A stretch of DNA of 64,000 nt from an uncultured bacterium (GTDB taxonomy: Bacteria > JAUVQV01 > CAWCAY01): positions 28,478 through 92,477 of the forward strand of contig CAWCAY010000006.1 in assembly GCA_963793725.1 (NCBI GenBank), given 5' to 3'. Under the pieces are notes generated by a model that made no database searches, was not told the origin of the DNA, and worked only from the letters and a program-made list of their open reading frames with translations. The translations under genes and the position numbers were made by a program. Positions within the stretch are counted from its first letter, which is position 1. Every line of letters begins with the position of its first letter. Below, one piece after another: positions 1 through 12,985 of this stretch.

Positions 1-2817
1 GGACGCCGGCCGCGGCGGCCGCCGCCGGCCCGCTGAACCAGGCGGCCAGCAGGAACAGTATCCAGGCGGGAGGCACCAGGCTCCGCCGGAGGTTGTCGAG
101 GATCTTCCAGCGGTCCAACGTGCCCAGGGGATTGGGCTTGCGGACTCTATCCCCCGAGGGGACCCGGGGCAGGATCCAGTCGGCGATCTGCCAGTCGCCC
201 CGGATCCAGCGATGCTGCCGGGTGGCGAAGGAGAAGTAGTCGCCGGGAAAATCGTCGAACAGCTCGATGTCGCTGGCCAGCCCGACCCGCAGGTGGGCGC
301 CCTCCAGCAGGTCGTGGCTCAGGATTCTCTGTTCGGGGAACCTCCCCCCCAGCACCCGGTGGAAGACGCGGGGGTCGTAGATCCCCTTGCCGATGATAGG
401 AGCCCTCCCCCGAGAGGTCCTGGTAGACGTCGGAAACCGCCCGGGTGTAAGGATCGGTTCCCACCGGGTCGGTGAACAAGCGTGAAAAAGGCGTGGCCGT
501 GGAACTGGGGAGGGAACCGGTGACCCGGGGCTGGATGATGGCGAATGTCCCCTCTTCCACGGTGCCGTCCGGGCCCAACCGCGGCTGGTTGAGGGGGTGG
601 GCCAGGGTTTCCACCATCCGCCGGGCGCTGTCCCGGGGCAGCTGGGTGTCGCTGTCCAGCGTGATGACGAACCGGATGCCCGAAAGCCGGCCCGGATCGC
701 CGACCCGGACTATCCCCCGGTCATCCCCCTTCACTCCCTCGACCAGGAAACGGTTCAATTCCTCCAGCTTGCCCCGCTTCCGCTCCCACCCCAGGTAGCG
801 CTGTTCCGACTCCGTCCAGACCCTGGGGCGGTGGAACAGGAAGAACCGGTCCCCCCCGTGGCGGCCGTTCAGCTTCTCGACCCCTTCCACGGCCAGCGCC
901 AGGAGCCGGGAATCCTCCTCCCGGTCGAGGGTGTCCGAGTCGGTGAAATCGGTGAACAGGCTGAAGAGGAGGTTGGGGTCCGGGTTGGCCAGCGAGCGGA
1001 TCTCGAGTTTCTCCAGGTCTTCCCGCACCGTCCTGGGGTTGACCAGCAGAACCGGGACCACCACCAGGGTTCGGAAGGCATCGGGGATCCCCTCCTTCTC
1101 GAAGGACATCTTGGGCAGGGTCCGGGGCGGCACCAGGCGGGTCACCAGGTAGTTCACCGCCAGCGCGGACAACTGGCTGGCGGGCAGCAGGGCCGCCGCC
1201 GCCAGCAGACCGGCCCATCTGCCGGCGAGGGAGGCCGAACCGGCCACCGCCAGCACCGGTGTCAGCGTCCCCAGTCCCACGGCTCCCAGGTAGAGGGGGA
1301 TGTGGTGCCGGTAGACCCATTGCAGGACCCGGTGCCGAAGGGTCTCCCGGCACCCGATCGTCTCCGCCAGCCGGGACCGGCCCGGCCCGATCAGGAAGTA
1401 ACCGACATGGCCGGGTCGGGAGTCTTCCGCCCTCCCATCGCCCGGCCCGTCCGACATGGCGATGGCGGCCCGGGCCACCTCGTCCTCCGGCCGCCCCGAT
1501 CCCCGCGACAGTTCCTCGACCGCGTGCCGGTACCGGTCGTGGGTGTCGAAATCCATCCGGGGGTAGATCCCGCCGGGGTCCGCGCGGAGCATCTTCTCGA
1601 CGACACTGTGGCGTTCGAACACCTCCCGCCAATCGATGAAGGTGAGCTGGCGCAGGCTGCTGACGGCGTTCCCGATGGACACCTGGGTGGCAGCCTGGGC
1701 GTTCTGCTCCCGTTGGATGACGTCGCCCAGCTCGCCGGCGAGCCGCCTCTCCAGCCAACTCCTGACGGGGGCCAGGGCGGCTTCCTCGTCGTACAGGTGC
1801 TCGGTCAACTGGGCGGCGAAATAGGGGCTGGGATCGTCCTGTTCCCGGGCCAGTTCGGCCAGGAAGAAGAAGAGCCGGTCGGGGTCCCGGCGGGCGACGG
1901 TCAGCAGGCGATTGGCCCAGAAATCGGCCGTTTCGCTTTCCCTGAGTCGGCGGCTCACCTCGTCCGCAAGATGCCGGAGGACATCGACCAGGGCTATGCG
2001 CAGCATTAGCGGCAGGGCCCACAGTTCCCCGATGGTCAGGCTGCCGACCTCCTGGTACGCCGCGAGGTACTCGTCGAACAGGTGCGGGGTCCAGCCGGGA
2101 GTCGGTGTGCAAGACCAGGTCCCCGGCGATGGAGAAGGCGCGGGATTCCCCCCGATGCAGGCCCCTCTCTCAGGATGGGAAGCTCGTGGTAGAACTCCCG
2201 CGGAAGGTTCTTCCTGACGTCGTCGATATGCCGCTGGACGATGTAGGCGTTGTCCAGGATCCACTCGGCGGAGGTGGTGATGTTCTGCTCCAGCAGGGAG
2301 GCCTCGGCCAGCTCTTGGCGGACCTGCTCGATGACTCCCTCGCACAGGCCCAGCAGGCGCAGGAGGGGTTCGCCCCGCCCCTTCACCCGCGCCACCCGTG
2401 TCCCGCGGCCAGTTCCCTGGCGTGCTCCCGGAGGCGGTCGGCGTCGAGGATATCCCTCAGTTTCGGCGCCGGCCCGGCCGCGGGTTTCCGCGGCGGATGG
2501 AGCACGAAGAGGGCCGGCGGGGTCTCGCCGAAGGTCCGCAGGATGCCGATTGCCCGGGCCAGTTCCTCGGGCCGGGCCTCGATGATGACCAGGCTCTCCC
2601 CGGGAACCAGCCAGCGGGAGTGCTTCCGCAGCAGGCCGGCCGCCGCCCCCCGACGAAGCCGGGCCGGGCCGAAGCCGGTTCGGGTCAGCACCCTTCCTCC
2701 GGAGGTCTTGCGGGCCAGCGCCGGACGGCGGAATCCTCCACGCTTCAGGGCCCCGATGGCGGCATCGGCGTCCGTCTCGCCCTGGAAGTAGCCGAGCAGG
2801 ACTCCCGATCTGGCCAT
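1..2817 (-). pseudogene. Cyclic beta-1,2-glucan synthase-like glycosyltransferase (NdvB/ChvB-type), N-terminal ~930 codons; the 3' end runs off the window and the frame is broken at least 4 times
   Basis: Conserved blocks are spread over three frames. Blocks: DRLREHARELAAGH (2383-2817 ORF); GEPLLRLL..TSAEWILDNAYIVQRHIDDVRKNLPREFYHELPIL (2036-2395 ORF); HTDSRLDPAPV; HLFDEYLAAYQEVGSLTIGELWALPLMLRIALV..DSDTQLPRDSARRMVETLAHPLN..VSDVYQDL.GEGS (147-2345 ORF). After about 408 my re-translation of 1-410 gives IGKGIYDPRVFHRVLGGRFPEQRILSHDLLEGAHLRVGLASDIELFDDFPGDYFSFATRQHRWIRGDWQIADW. Family is assigned from remembered motifs. Whether the first 100 codons belong to the same protein is uncertain. Confidence 0.7.
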
Positions 2818-3140
2818 GGTTCTCCCGAGTGGAAGGGCGTGGAAACGACGAGTGTTCTCGAACTCTATACTACGCCGGTAGCCTGACAGTTGACACTCCT
2901 ATTGAGGCCGCCTGAATAGACGATCTCCCCCCTGAGGACCGGGGCAACCACCCCGGCCGACCTCCGATAGATCCCTGATAGGACAAACACCGGGCTGAAA
3001 ATCAGACATACGGTGGCTCCCGATTCGGACAGATGCCGATTCCCGAGACCGTCGGAGAAGAATAGTCTATGGATTGACGCCGACGCGTGCATCCCGCACC
3101 AGCCGCCGGCAAAGTCCGGCATGACGAAAGGAGCAGCGCC

Positions 3141-3299
3141 ATGAGTATCGGAACGATTCTGCTGATCGTGTTGGTTCTTGTCTTCTTGGGCGCCCTACCC
3201 ACCTGGCCCCACAGCAGGAGCTGGGGATATTTCCCGAGCGGCGGGCTTGGGCTCATTGTCTTGATCCTGCTCATTCTTGTTCTCACCGGCCGGCTCTAG
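3141..3299 (+). CDS. DUF3309-family small membrane protein
   Basis: MSIGTILLIVLVLVFLGALPTWPHSRSWGYFPSGGLGLIVLILLILVLTGRL. An AAAGGAG RBS at 3127-3133 lies 7 nt before ATG 3141. The longer ORF-track start at 3087 has no RBS. Confidence 0.8.
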   Translation: MSIGTILLIVLVLVFLGALPTWPHSRSWGYFPSGGLGLIVLILLILVLTGRL

Positions 3300-3376
3300 A
3301 AATCAAGGCGGCGGCACTTTCGCAAGAAATCGACCACAAGTGACCCACGTCCGGTGCGATCCTGCCGGGAGGGAAG

Positions 3377-4909
3377 ATGTCGTCACCGAAGCGCAGGGCC
3401 GCTGACAAGATCACGGAGAGCACCAGGATCGAGGTCTACTTCGCCGCGGTCCTGGTGCTGTGGACGGCCATCGCCGCGGGATCATGGCTCTGGAACTGCT
3501 CCCAGGTGCGGCAAAACACGCTGGAGGAGGCTCACATCCAGGCCCGCGTGGCCTATGAGAAGGACATCATCTACCGCCACTGGAACACGCTGCATGGCGG
3601 GGTCTACGTCGCGGTGACCCCCGAGAACCAGCCGAATCCGTACCTGGCGGACAACCCCGACCGCGACGTGACCACCACCTCGGGCAAACAACTGACGCTG
3701 ATGAACCCCGCTTACATGACGCGCCAGGTCAACGAAGTGGCCCGCCGCATCATGGGGGTCCGGGGTCACATCACCAGCCTGAATCCGATCCGCCCGGGGA
3801 ACGCCCCCGACTCCTGGGAGCGGGAAGCGCTGCTGTCATTCGACCAAGGGGCCAAGGAAACCCATTCGATCGAGTTGCTCGACGGCGTCGAGTACATGCG
3901 CTTCATGCAGCCGATGCTGACCGAGGAGGGGTGCCTCCAGTGCCACGCCAAGCAGGGATATCGAGTCGGGCAGATCCGCGGCGGTATCAGCGTGGCCGTC
4001 CCGATGAAACCGCTGCGGGTCATCGAACGCCGGGACATTGTCCGGCTCAGCGTGGCCCACGGGATGCTGTGGCTGGTGGGCATGCTGGTGATCGTGCTGG
4101 GCGGCCGGCGCCTGATAGACAGCCAGCGACAACGCCGCCTGGCCGCGGAGGAAGTCGAGCGGTACGCCCGGGAACTCGAGGAGGCCAACGGCCTCAAGGA
4201 ACTGTTCATCGACATCATGCGCCACGACTTCCTGAACCCGGCGACGGCCGTTCAGATGTTCAGCATGTCTCTCCAGGAAAAGGACGGCGACCCCAGGATG
4301 AAGGAGATGGCCTCGCGCATCACCCATGCCAACACCAAGCTGATCGAGATGATCCAGGACGCGGCCAAGCTGTCACGGCTCTCGGAGGCGAACAAGCTGG
4401 AGTGCACCCGCCGCGACCTCGGCCGGCTGATCCGCGAAGCCGTCCGGGACATCGAGAGCCCCCTGGCCATCGACTTCCCCCCGGCCGGCGAGTACCCGGT
4501 CACCGCCAACCCGATACTCGGTGACGTCTTCGTCAACCTGCTGACCAACGCCGTCAAGTACGCCCCCGGGGGAGGCCGCGTGGAGTTCGGCATCCGCGAC
4601 GAGGGCGCCGACTGGGTGGCCACCGTCAAGGACTATGGCCCCGGCATCAGTGACCAGGACAAGCTGAAGGTCTTCACCCGCTTCGAGCGCCTAAAGAGGG
4701 AGGGGGTCAAGGGGACGGGCCTCGGGCTGGCGATCGCCAAGCGCATCGTCGAGTTGCACGAGGGCCGAATCTGGGTGGAGGACAACCCGGCGGGCGGAAG
4801 CGTCTTCTGCGTCAGTCTCCCCAAGGCCGCTCCCGCGGCTCCCGGGCCCGCGGCACCGCCGCCCCCCGCCGAGCACCCGGCGACAGGTCTAAGCGGGGGA
4901 CAGACTTAG
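3377..4909 (+). CDS. Sensor histidine kinase with a periplasmic c-type-haem DUF3365/Tll0287-like domain
   Basis: Intact 510-aa ORF. It has an N-terminal TM helix and a CLQCH haem-c motif at 3932-3946, within YRHWN..GGVYV..NPAYMTRQV..HITSLNPIRPGNAPDSWE. A second TM follows, then an H-box (IMRHDFLNP) and HATPase (GTGLGLAIAKRIVELHEGRIWVEDNPAGGSVF). Confidence 0.9.
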   Translation: MSSPKRRAADKITESTRIEVYFAAVLVLWTAIAAGSWLWNCSQVRQNTLEEAHIQARVAYEKDIIYRHWNTLHGGVYVAVTPENQPNPYLADNPDRDVTTTSGKQLTLMNPAYMTRQVNEVARRIMGVRGHITSLNPIRPGNAPDSWEREALLSFDQGAKETHSIELLDGVEYMRFMQPMLTEEGCLQCHAKQGYRVGQIRGGISVAVPMKPLRVIERRDIVRLSVAHGMLWLVGMLVIVLGGRRLIDSQRQRRLAAEEVERYARELEEANGLKELFIDIMRHDFLNPATAVQMFSMSLQEKDGDPRMKEMASRITHANTKLIEMIQDAAKLSRLSEANKLECTRRDLGRLIREAVRDIESPLAIDFPPAGEYPVTANPILGDVFVNLLTNAVKYAPGGGRVEFGIRDEGADWVATVKDYGPGISDQDKLKVFTRFERLKREGVKGTGLGLAIAKRIVELHEGRIWVEDNPAGGSVFCVSLPKAAPAAPGPAAPPPPAEHPATGLSGGQT

Positions 4910-4935
4910 ATCTATCCCCTATTTGGCTGGCCCCT

Positions 4936-6073
4936 CTAGCCCGGGCCGTCCTGCGGCAGCTCGAACCAGAAGGCACTCCCCACGCCGACCTCGCTCTCGA
5001 CCCCGATCGTCCCGCCGTGGGCCTCGACAGCCATTTTGCAGAAGGTCAGCCCCAGCCCGCTGGAGTACTTGAACCCTTGCTGCCGAGCCTCTCCCTGCCA
5101 GAATTTGTCGAAGACCTTCTCCTGGTGCTCGGGGGGGATGCCGGGACCGTTGTCCCGGACGGTACAACGGACCCGGCCGCTCCCCGCCTCCAGACCGATG
5201 TCGATCCTCCCCGTGGTGACGGGCACGAATTTCAGAGCGTTCCCGACGAGATTCTGGACCAGCCTTGACAACAGCTGCGCGTCGCCCCTGACGAGAACCG
5301 GCTGCTCGGGGAGGGCAAGCGCGATCTGACGCTCGCCCTTCAGGGCTTCCATCCTGGAGACGGCCTCGCGGGCGATAGCGCCGAGATCGCATGCCGCGAG
5401 ATTCAACTGCATCTGGCCGGACTCCATCTTGCTCACGTCGAGCATCGAGCTGATCATCTCGATCAGGAAGTCAGTGGATTTCATGATGAGCCCGACGTAG
5501 CGCCGGCCTTTCTCGGAGAGATTCTCCCGCTCGGCGGTTTCGAGGAGATAGGCGAACGTGGTGATGGCCGTCAGCGGATTGCGCAGGTCGTGGATGATCA
5601 TGTGGACGAGGCTGTCCCGGAGGGCTTCGAGCTCCCGCAGCCGGTCATTGGATTCTTGCAGCGCTTCCTCCGCGCGCGTGCGGTCGTCGCTGAGTTCCTT
5701 CACCTTCAACAGCATCTTTATCCTGGCGAGCGCCTCCGTCTGGTCGAAAGGCTTTGACAAGAACTCCTCTGCCCCGGCCTCGATGCCGCGAATACGGTCT
5801 TGTTTGGCGGTCAATGCCGTAATCATGATGACCGGTATGTTCCTGAGCTTTTGGTCTTCCTTGATCTGCCGGCAAACCTCAAAGCCGTCCATCCCCGGCA
5901 TCATAGATGTCCAGAAGTACGAGGTCGATGGTCTCGGCTCTTGATCTTCAGCAGGGCGTCTTTTCCGCTTGCGGCGCTGACTACCGCGTAGCCTCTCGGA
6001 ACGAGTATGTTTTCGAGCAGCTTGAGATTCGCCTCTTCGTCGTCAACGCAGAGGATGATCGGATTCCGTGGGT

Positions 6074-6077
<4 letters not shown>
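4936..6077 (-). pseudogene. Hybrid response-regulator receiver / histidine kinase (REC, coiled coil, HisKA, HATPase) with two 1-nt frame slips inside REC
   Basis: ATG 6077 overlaps the upstream stop (ATGA at 6074-6077). My re-translation gives MNPRNPIILCVDDEEANLKLLENILVPRGYAVVSAASGKDALLKIKS. A slip at about 5936 (GG run) leads to ETIDLVLLDI. A second slip at about 5905 leads to MMPGMDGFEVCRQIK. The rest is intact (H-box HDLRNPLTAI; GLGLTFCKMAVEAHGGTIGVESEVGVGSAFWFELP). Confidence 0.85.
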
Positions 6078-8438
<2,361 letters not shown>

Positions 8439-8561
8439 CTTGTTCTCTCTTTTCTTGTTTAACCTTGACCTGCTTCGCCCTTCGACAACATCAAGTCTCC
8501 TGCTACCGGAGGCGAAAGTCAATCCAGTCCTCGATCTCGGCGACGGTGAGCCCATGAGACC

Positions 8562-8593
8562 GGGCCGGATCTGGGTGGAGGACAACCCGGCGG
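8562..8593 (+). other. 32-nt relic of a histidine-kinase 3' end, copying 4762-4793 with one mismatch
   Basis: GGGCCG[G/A]ATCTGGGTGGAGGACAACCCGGCGG is present at both sites and encodes GRIWVEDNPAG. At 8562 it lies in intergenic DNA with no kinase ORF around it. Confidence 0.6.
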
Positions 8594-8621
8594 TGGACAT
8601 CGCCCGCAGTCTCCCGGCGTG

Positions 8622-9665
8622 TCAGGCGCCGGTGATCGCTTCCCGCATCCTGGCGCCGTAGTCCTCGGGCGTGGCGGTGTGCACCTCGTCGCCCACGAAC
8701 TTGGGCGAGAACCAGGTGTCGTAGTTGGTGTACAGCGGCTTGAAGGCCGGCCGGGCGCAGAGCTTGACGTGAAGCGAGAAGTGGTCCGCCGCGCCCGCCT
8801 GGGGCGACGAGAAGAAAGCCATCGTGAAGGCGTAGTGCCCCTCCTGCTCGTAGAACGCCGCCAGCCGGGCGATCCCTTGGCCGAAGTCCCCGGCGATGCG
8901 GTCGTCGATCTCGGCCAGGCTGCCCGCGCCGGGGAAGATGCCCCAGGCCTCCTTCTGATGGGCCGGCGCGAAGGGGACGATCCACTCGACCGCGCCGGTG
9001 GCCCCCAGGTAGCGGCGGAACTCCCGCTTCTCCACGTCCAGCAGCTCCCGCCAGTAGCATGCGCCGTTGGCCTGGCGGAAGACGCTGCCGGCCTCGATGA
9101 GCCGGTACACACCCGAGTAGGCCATTCCCCGGGCATTCACCTGGAGGTGGGGATGGGGGACGCTGGAGCCGCCGGGGTGGAGGAAGTTCATGCCCACCAG
9201 GTGGTGGATGAAGCCGTAACGGCCGGCGGCGCGCCGGACGAGGTCGACGGCCACCTTCACCGCGTTGCCGAAGTCGTCCGATTCGATGCGGGAGGGGAAG
9301 AGCTCGTGCCGGCGGTGGTTGACGATCACCACCGCGTCCAGGCCCGCCTTGGAGAAGAGGTTGGGCACGCCCAGGGAATCACCCCGGCGCACCATGCCCC
9401 CCTGGCAGAACTCCTCCGGGAAGCGGGTGCCCCGCTCGGCGGCCACGCAGAAGGGGCAGGTGGCCCGGGACTCCTCCTGGAGCTTCCGGAGGAAGTCCAC
9501 GTCGGCCACCCCCAGGAAGGCCTTGGCCTTCTCGCCCAGGAAGCCGTTGAGGCTGCAGACGGTCGAGGTGAGCGGGTCACGGCGGTGCTCGATCTGCTGC
9601 ACCATCGGCTCCCCAGCCGGGCCGGTCATGATGGCCCTCTCCATCAGTGACTCGAACTTGATCAT
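8622..9665 (-). CDS. GalT-like nucleotidyltransferase (HIT superfamily, galactose-1-phosphate uridylyltransferase branch)
   Basis: Intact 347-aa ORF. It has a CPFC motif (ESRATCPFCVAAERG) and a His-Pro-His motif (GGSSVPHPHLQVNARG). ATG 9665 overlaps the stop of the upstream response regulator (ATGA). Confidence 0.7.
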   Translation of the reverse strand: MIKFESLMERAIMTGPAGEPMVQQIEHRRDPLTSTVCSLNGFLGEKAKAFLGVADVDFLRKLQEESRATCPFCVAAERGTRFPEEFCQGGMVRRGDSLGVPNLFSKAGLDAVVIVNHRRHELFPSRIESDDFGNAVKVAVDLVRRAAGRYGFIHHLVGMNFLHPGGSSVPHPHLQVNARGMAYSGVYRLIEAGSVFRQANGACYWRELLDVEKREFRRYLGATGAVEWIVPFAPAHQKEAWGIFPGAGSLAEIDDRIAGDFGQGIARLAAFYEQEGHYAFTMAFFSSPQAGAADHFSLHVKLCARPAFKPLYTNYDTWFSPKFVGDEVHTATPEDYGARMREAITGA

Positions 9666-10036
9666 GTCTTCCTGCGGGCCGCCGCCGCCTGTCTGATCCC
9701 CTCAATGAGCGCTGCCCGCTCGAACGGTTTGGCAATGTAGACATCGGCGCCGCAGTCATAGCCGCGCTGGACTTCAAAGGGCATGGTCCTGGCGCTCAGG
9801 ATGGCTATCGGCAGGTCCCGCGTAAGCGGGTCGCCCCGGAGACGCCGGCAGAAGGAGTAGCCGTCCTCCCCGGGGAGCATGATATCGAGCAGCAGTACGT
9901 CAGGCTTGGCGCGCCGCATGGCCAGTAACGCCGATTCCGTGTTGGGAACACACTCGATGGTCATCCCCGCATCCTGCACAAAGCGACTCACCAGCCGGGC
10001 GATGTCGGGTTCGTCCTCCACATAAAGGATATGCAT
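9662..10036 (-). CDS. Single-domain CheY-like response regulator
   Basis: 124 aa: MHILYVEDEPDIARLV..PDVLLLDIMLPGEDGYSFCRRLR..YIAKPFERAALIEGI. Confidence 0.9.
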   Translation of the reverse strand: MHILYVEDEPDIARLVSRFVQDAGMTIECVPNTESALLAMRRAKPDVLLLDIMLPGEDGYSFCRRLRGDPLTRDLPIAILSARTMPFEVQRGYDCGADVYIAKPFERAALIEGIRQAAAARRKT

Positions 10037-10096
10037 GAAACGCTCCGATCTTCATGAATTGGCCGCGCTCGGGATCCGCCTCAGATCGCGTTCTCC

Positions 10097-12830
10097 TCAA
10101 TGGATGACTTTCCCTATTTCGCGGTGCAGCAATTCGGGCGTGATTGGCTTGCGAAGGAATGAAGTCGCTCCCATCTGCATGACCCTCAAACGGCTCTGAT
10201 CCCCCTCGCTGGCGGTGATAACGATGACCGCCATCTGGGCGTAGTGGGGATCCGACCTGACCAGCTTCAGGATGTCGTAGCCAGTTATCCCCGGCAAACG
10301 GAGATCGAGGATGAGGAGGTCGGGGACCGATTCCTCCAGGCACGTCTTGGCTTCTTCTCCAGAGCGGGCACACGTCACCCTGTAATCATGGTGTGTGAGA
10401 TCCGCTTCCAAGTACCTGAGGATGTCCGGATCGTCATCCACCAAGAGAATCGACTTCCCCTTGATGCCCGGGATTGCGGGTCCGACCAGCGCGCTGATCT
10501 TCTCGGCCACCTGCTCGTAGTGCGCCGGTTTGCTGTAGAAGGCCGCGGCTCCCATCGCCATGCCCCTTGCCCTGGCTTCACCCTCCATCACGGTCAGGAA
10601 GATGACCGGGATATCCCGGGTGGAAGGATCGCTCTTCAGGATGGTGGTCACGTCGAAACCGTCGATGTCGGGAAGCCTGATGTCCATGGTGATGCAGTCA
10701 GGGTGACCGGTCCGGGCAAGTCTCAGGGCCTCCTGGGCCGTGGCGGCCTGGAGGACCTCGATACCTCTCTCCTGCAGGTACTCTGGACAGGATCTTCCTG
10801 ACCGCCTCCTCATCTTCCACCACCAGCACCCTCTGGGCAATCCTGTGCCCGGAGACGACCTCGGGGGCGGCGCTTTCCCGGTGGGCAACCTGCGCGGCCA
10901 TCTCCCTGGGCAAGGTGAATCGGAAGGTGCTTCCGCCTCCCGGTGTGTCCTCGACCCAGATGCGCCCCCCATGACCTTCGATGATGGCCTTCGAAATCGT
11001 CAGGCCCAAGCCGCTGCCTCCGGTGCTGCGCACCGAGGACATGTCCACCTGGTAGAACTTGTCGAATATCCTGGTCTTCTCCCCATCCGGAATGCCGATG
11101 CCATGGTCGATGACGGTGAAGGTGTATTCACCGCGGCCTTGCTCCACTGACACGCGGATCTCTTTCCCTCCCGGGCTGAACTTGATGGCATTGGAGATGA
11201 GGTTTACCACCACCTGCTCTATCTTCGAAGCGTCACCGGTGGCGTCCCCGATTGTTTCGGGCACATCGAGCACCACGTTGACCCCGTGCCGGGCGGCGAC
11301 TGCGGACACTTCCTGAAGACTCTCTTCCAGCATGGGCCTGATGAAGAATGTGCCATGGTCGTAGAAGACCCGGCCCGATTCGATCTTCCCCAGGTCCAGC
11401 AGGTTGTTGATGAGGTCGACCAGTCGTTCCGTGTTGGCCAGGGCGATAGTCAGGAATTCCTTCTTCTCGATCTCGTTCACCCTGCCTTCCGCCAGCAAGG
11501 TGATGGCGCCCTTGATGGAGGTGAGCGGTGTGCGAAGTTCATGGGACACCATGGCCAACAGGTTGGTCTTGATTTCGTCTATCTCCCGCTCCCGGGTGAT
11601 GTCGTGGAAGGTGAAGACCCTGCCGGAATCCTCCCCTTCCGGCCCAACGATCCGGTTGCCGGAAACCTTGAAGGTTCGCCGCTCGGGCTGTATCTGTTCG
11701 ATGATGCCCAGATACCCATCGGTCTTCTTCCCTTTCTCGAGAATGAGGTCCTCAAACTCCCCGGGGCGGTTGAACTGCGATGCGGCCGCCTTCACCGCCT
11801 CCTCGAGAGGCATGCCGGCCGCTTGGACATCACTCCGTCCGAGGATCTTGGTCACCGGGATGTTGAGCATGTCTATCTTGCCGTCCGAGTCCACCGACAG
11901 GACCCCCTCGACGATGGAACGGGCCATCGATTCGGAATGCCTCTTCTCCTTCGACAGGAGTTGGTTGGTGGCGCTCAACTCAGCGGTGCGCCGGGCCACC
12001 TGTTCCTCCAAGGCGAGGTTCCACCTCTCCAAGGCGGCATGGGAGTCCTTGATCCGGTCGGCCATCTGGTTGAAGGACTCGGCCAGGTATCCCATCTCGT
12101 CATCAGGCTGCAGGGACACGTTTGCCTTGTAGTCTCCTCCGGCCAGGGCCTGGTGCGCCCGGACCAATGCCTGGACCGGCTTCCTGATGATCCGGTTGAC
12201 CTGCAGCACCAGAGAGAAGGTGATTACCGAGAAGATGGCCAGGGCCAGGAATATGAAACGCCTCGACTGGAGCCGGGCATGAGTTCGCATGTTGTCGGTG
12301 TGTAGGTCGTTGACCATCAGGCCAAGGACTCTTTCCTGGTGGCAGGTGTCGCACCCGGGCTTGTTGAATATCGGGATGACGCTGCGCAGCACCTCCTCCC
12401 CGTTCGCCTGGCGATAGGAGTCGACCAACTGGCGGGGCCGGGGCGTCTGGGTGTGGCACCGCAGGCATATCGCGCCGCCAGTCGAGAAGAAGGTCCCCTG
12501 CAGGGATGGTTCCGAAGCGATGTCGATCTGCCCGGTCGGATCGGTGATGAGCAGGCTGTGCACCAGGTTTGTCCCAGCCAGTGTCTTCATGATGTCCTGG
12601 GTGTGGTGAGTGTCCCTCCCAGCTCCGTGGTTGTTGAGGTTGTCCGTCATCGCGTGCTCGAGGCTGGTCATGATGATGGACGAATCCTGGAAGGCCTCAT
12701 TCCTGAGGGTGTCGGTGTACTCCCGGCGCTCGACATAGAAGAAGTATGTGACGCCCAGGGCGAGGGTGACGGCTACGGTCAGAAGCACTGTCTTGATTAG
12801 CTTCAGGGACACCGACTTCAGCAAGGGCAT
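10097..12830 (-). pseudogene. Hybrid sensor kinase (double-CxxCH periplasmic domain, HAMP, PAS, HisKA, HATPase, two REC domains) with a single 1-nt slip, probably an assembly indel
   Basis: TM, then CLRCH and CDTCH motifs, then a second TM. HAMP is LAESFNQMADRI. H-box is [15 protein letters not shown]. HATPase is GSGLGLTISKAIIEGHGGRIWVEDTPGGGSTFRFTLP. The frame changes at about 10783, between RVLVVEDEEAVRKILS and EYLQERGIEVLQAATAQEAL. Two REC domains follow (DCITMDIRLPDIDGFDV; DLLILDLRLPGITGYDI). Confidence 0.85.
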
Positions 12831-12985
12831 CTTCGGAGCCTCCGGCGAGGTGGTTGGCTCATCTGTCCCTATTGAGCTATATTACGAGGATGCGATGTGA
12901 TTATCAAGTTGGCGGTTTCGTCACGGCCGGCTTTGCCCGCGGCGAAGGACTTGGAGGAATTCGGGAATTCTGAAAAGGATGAATC

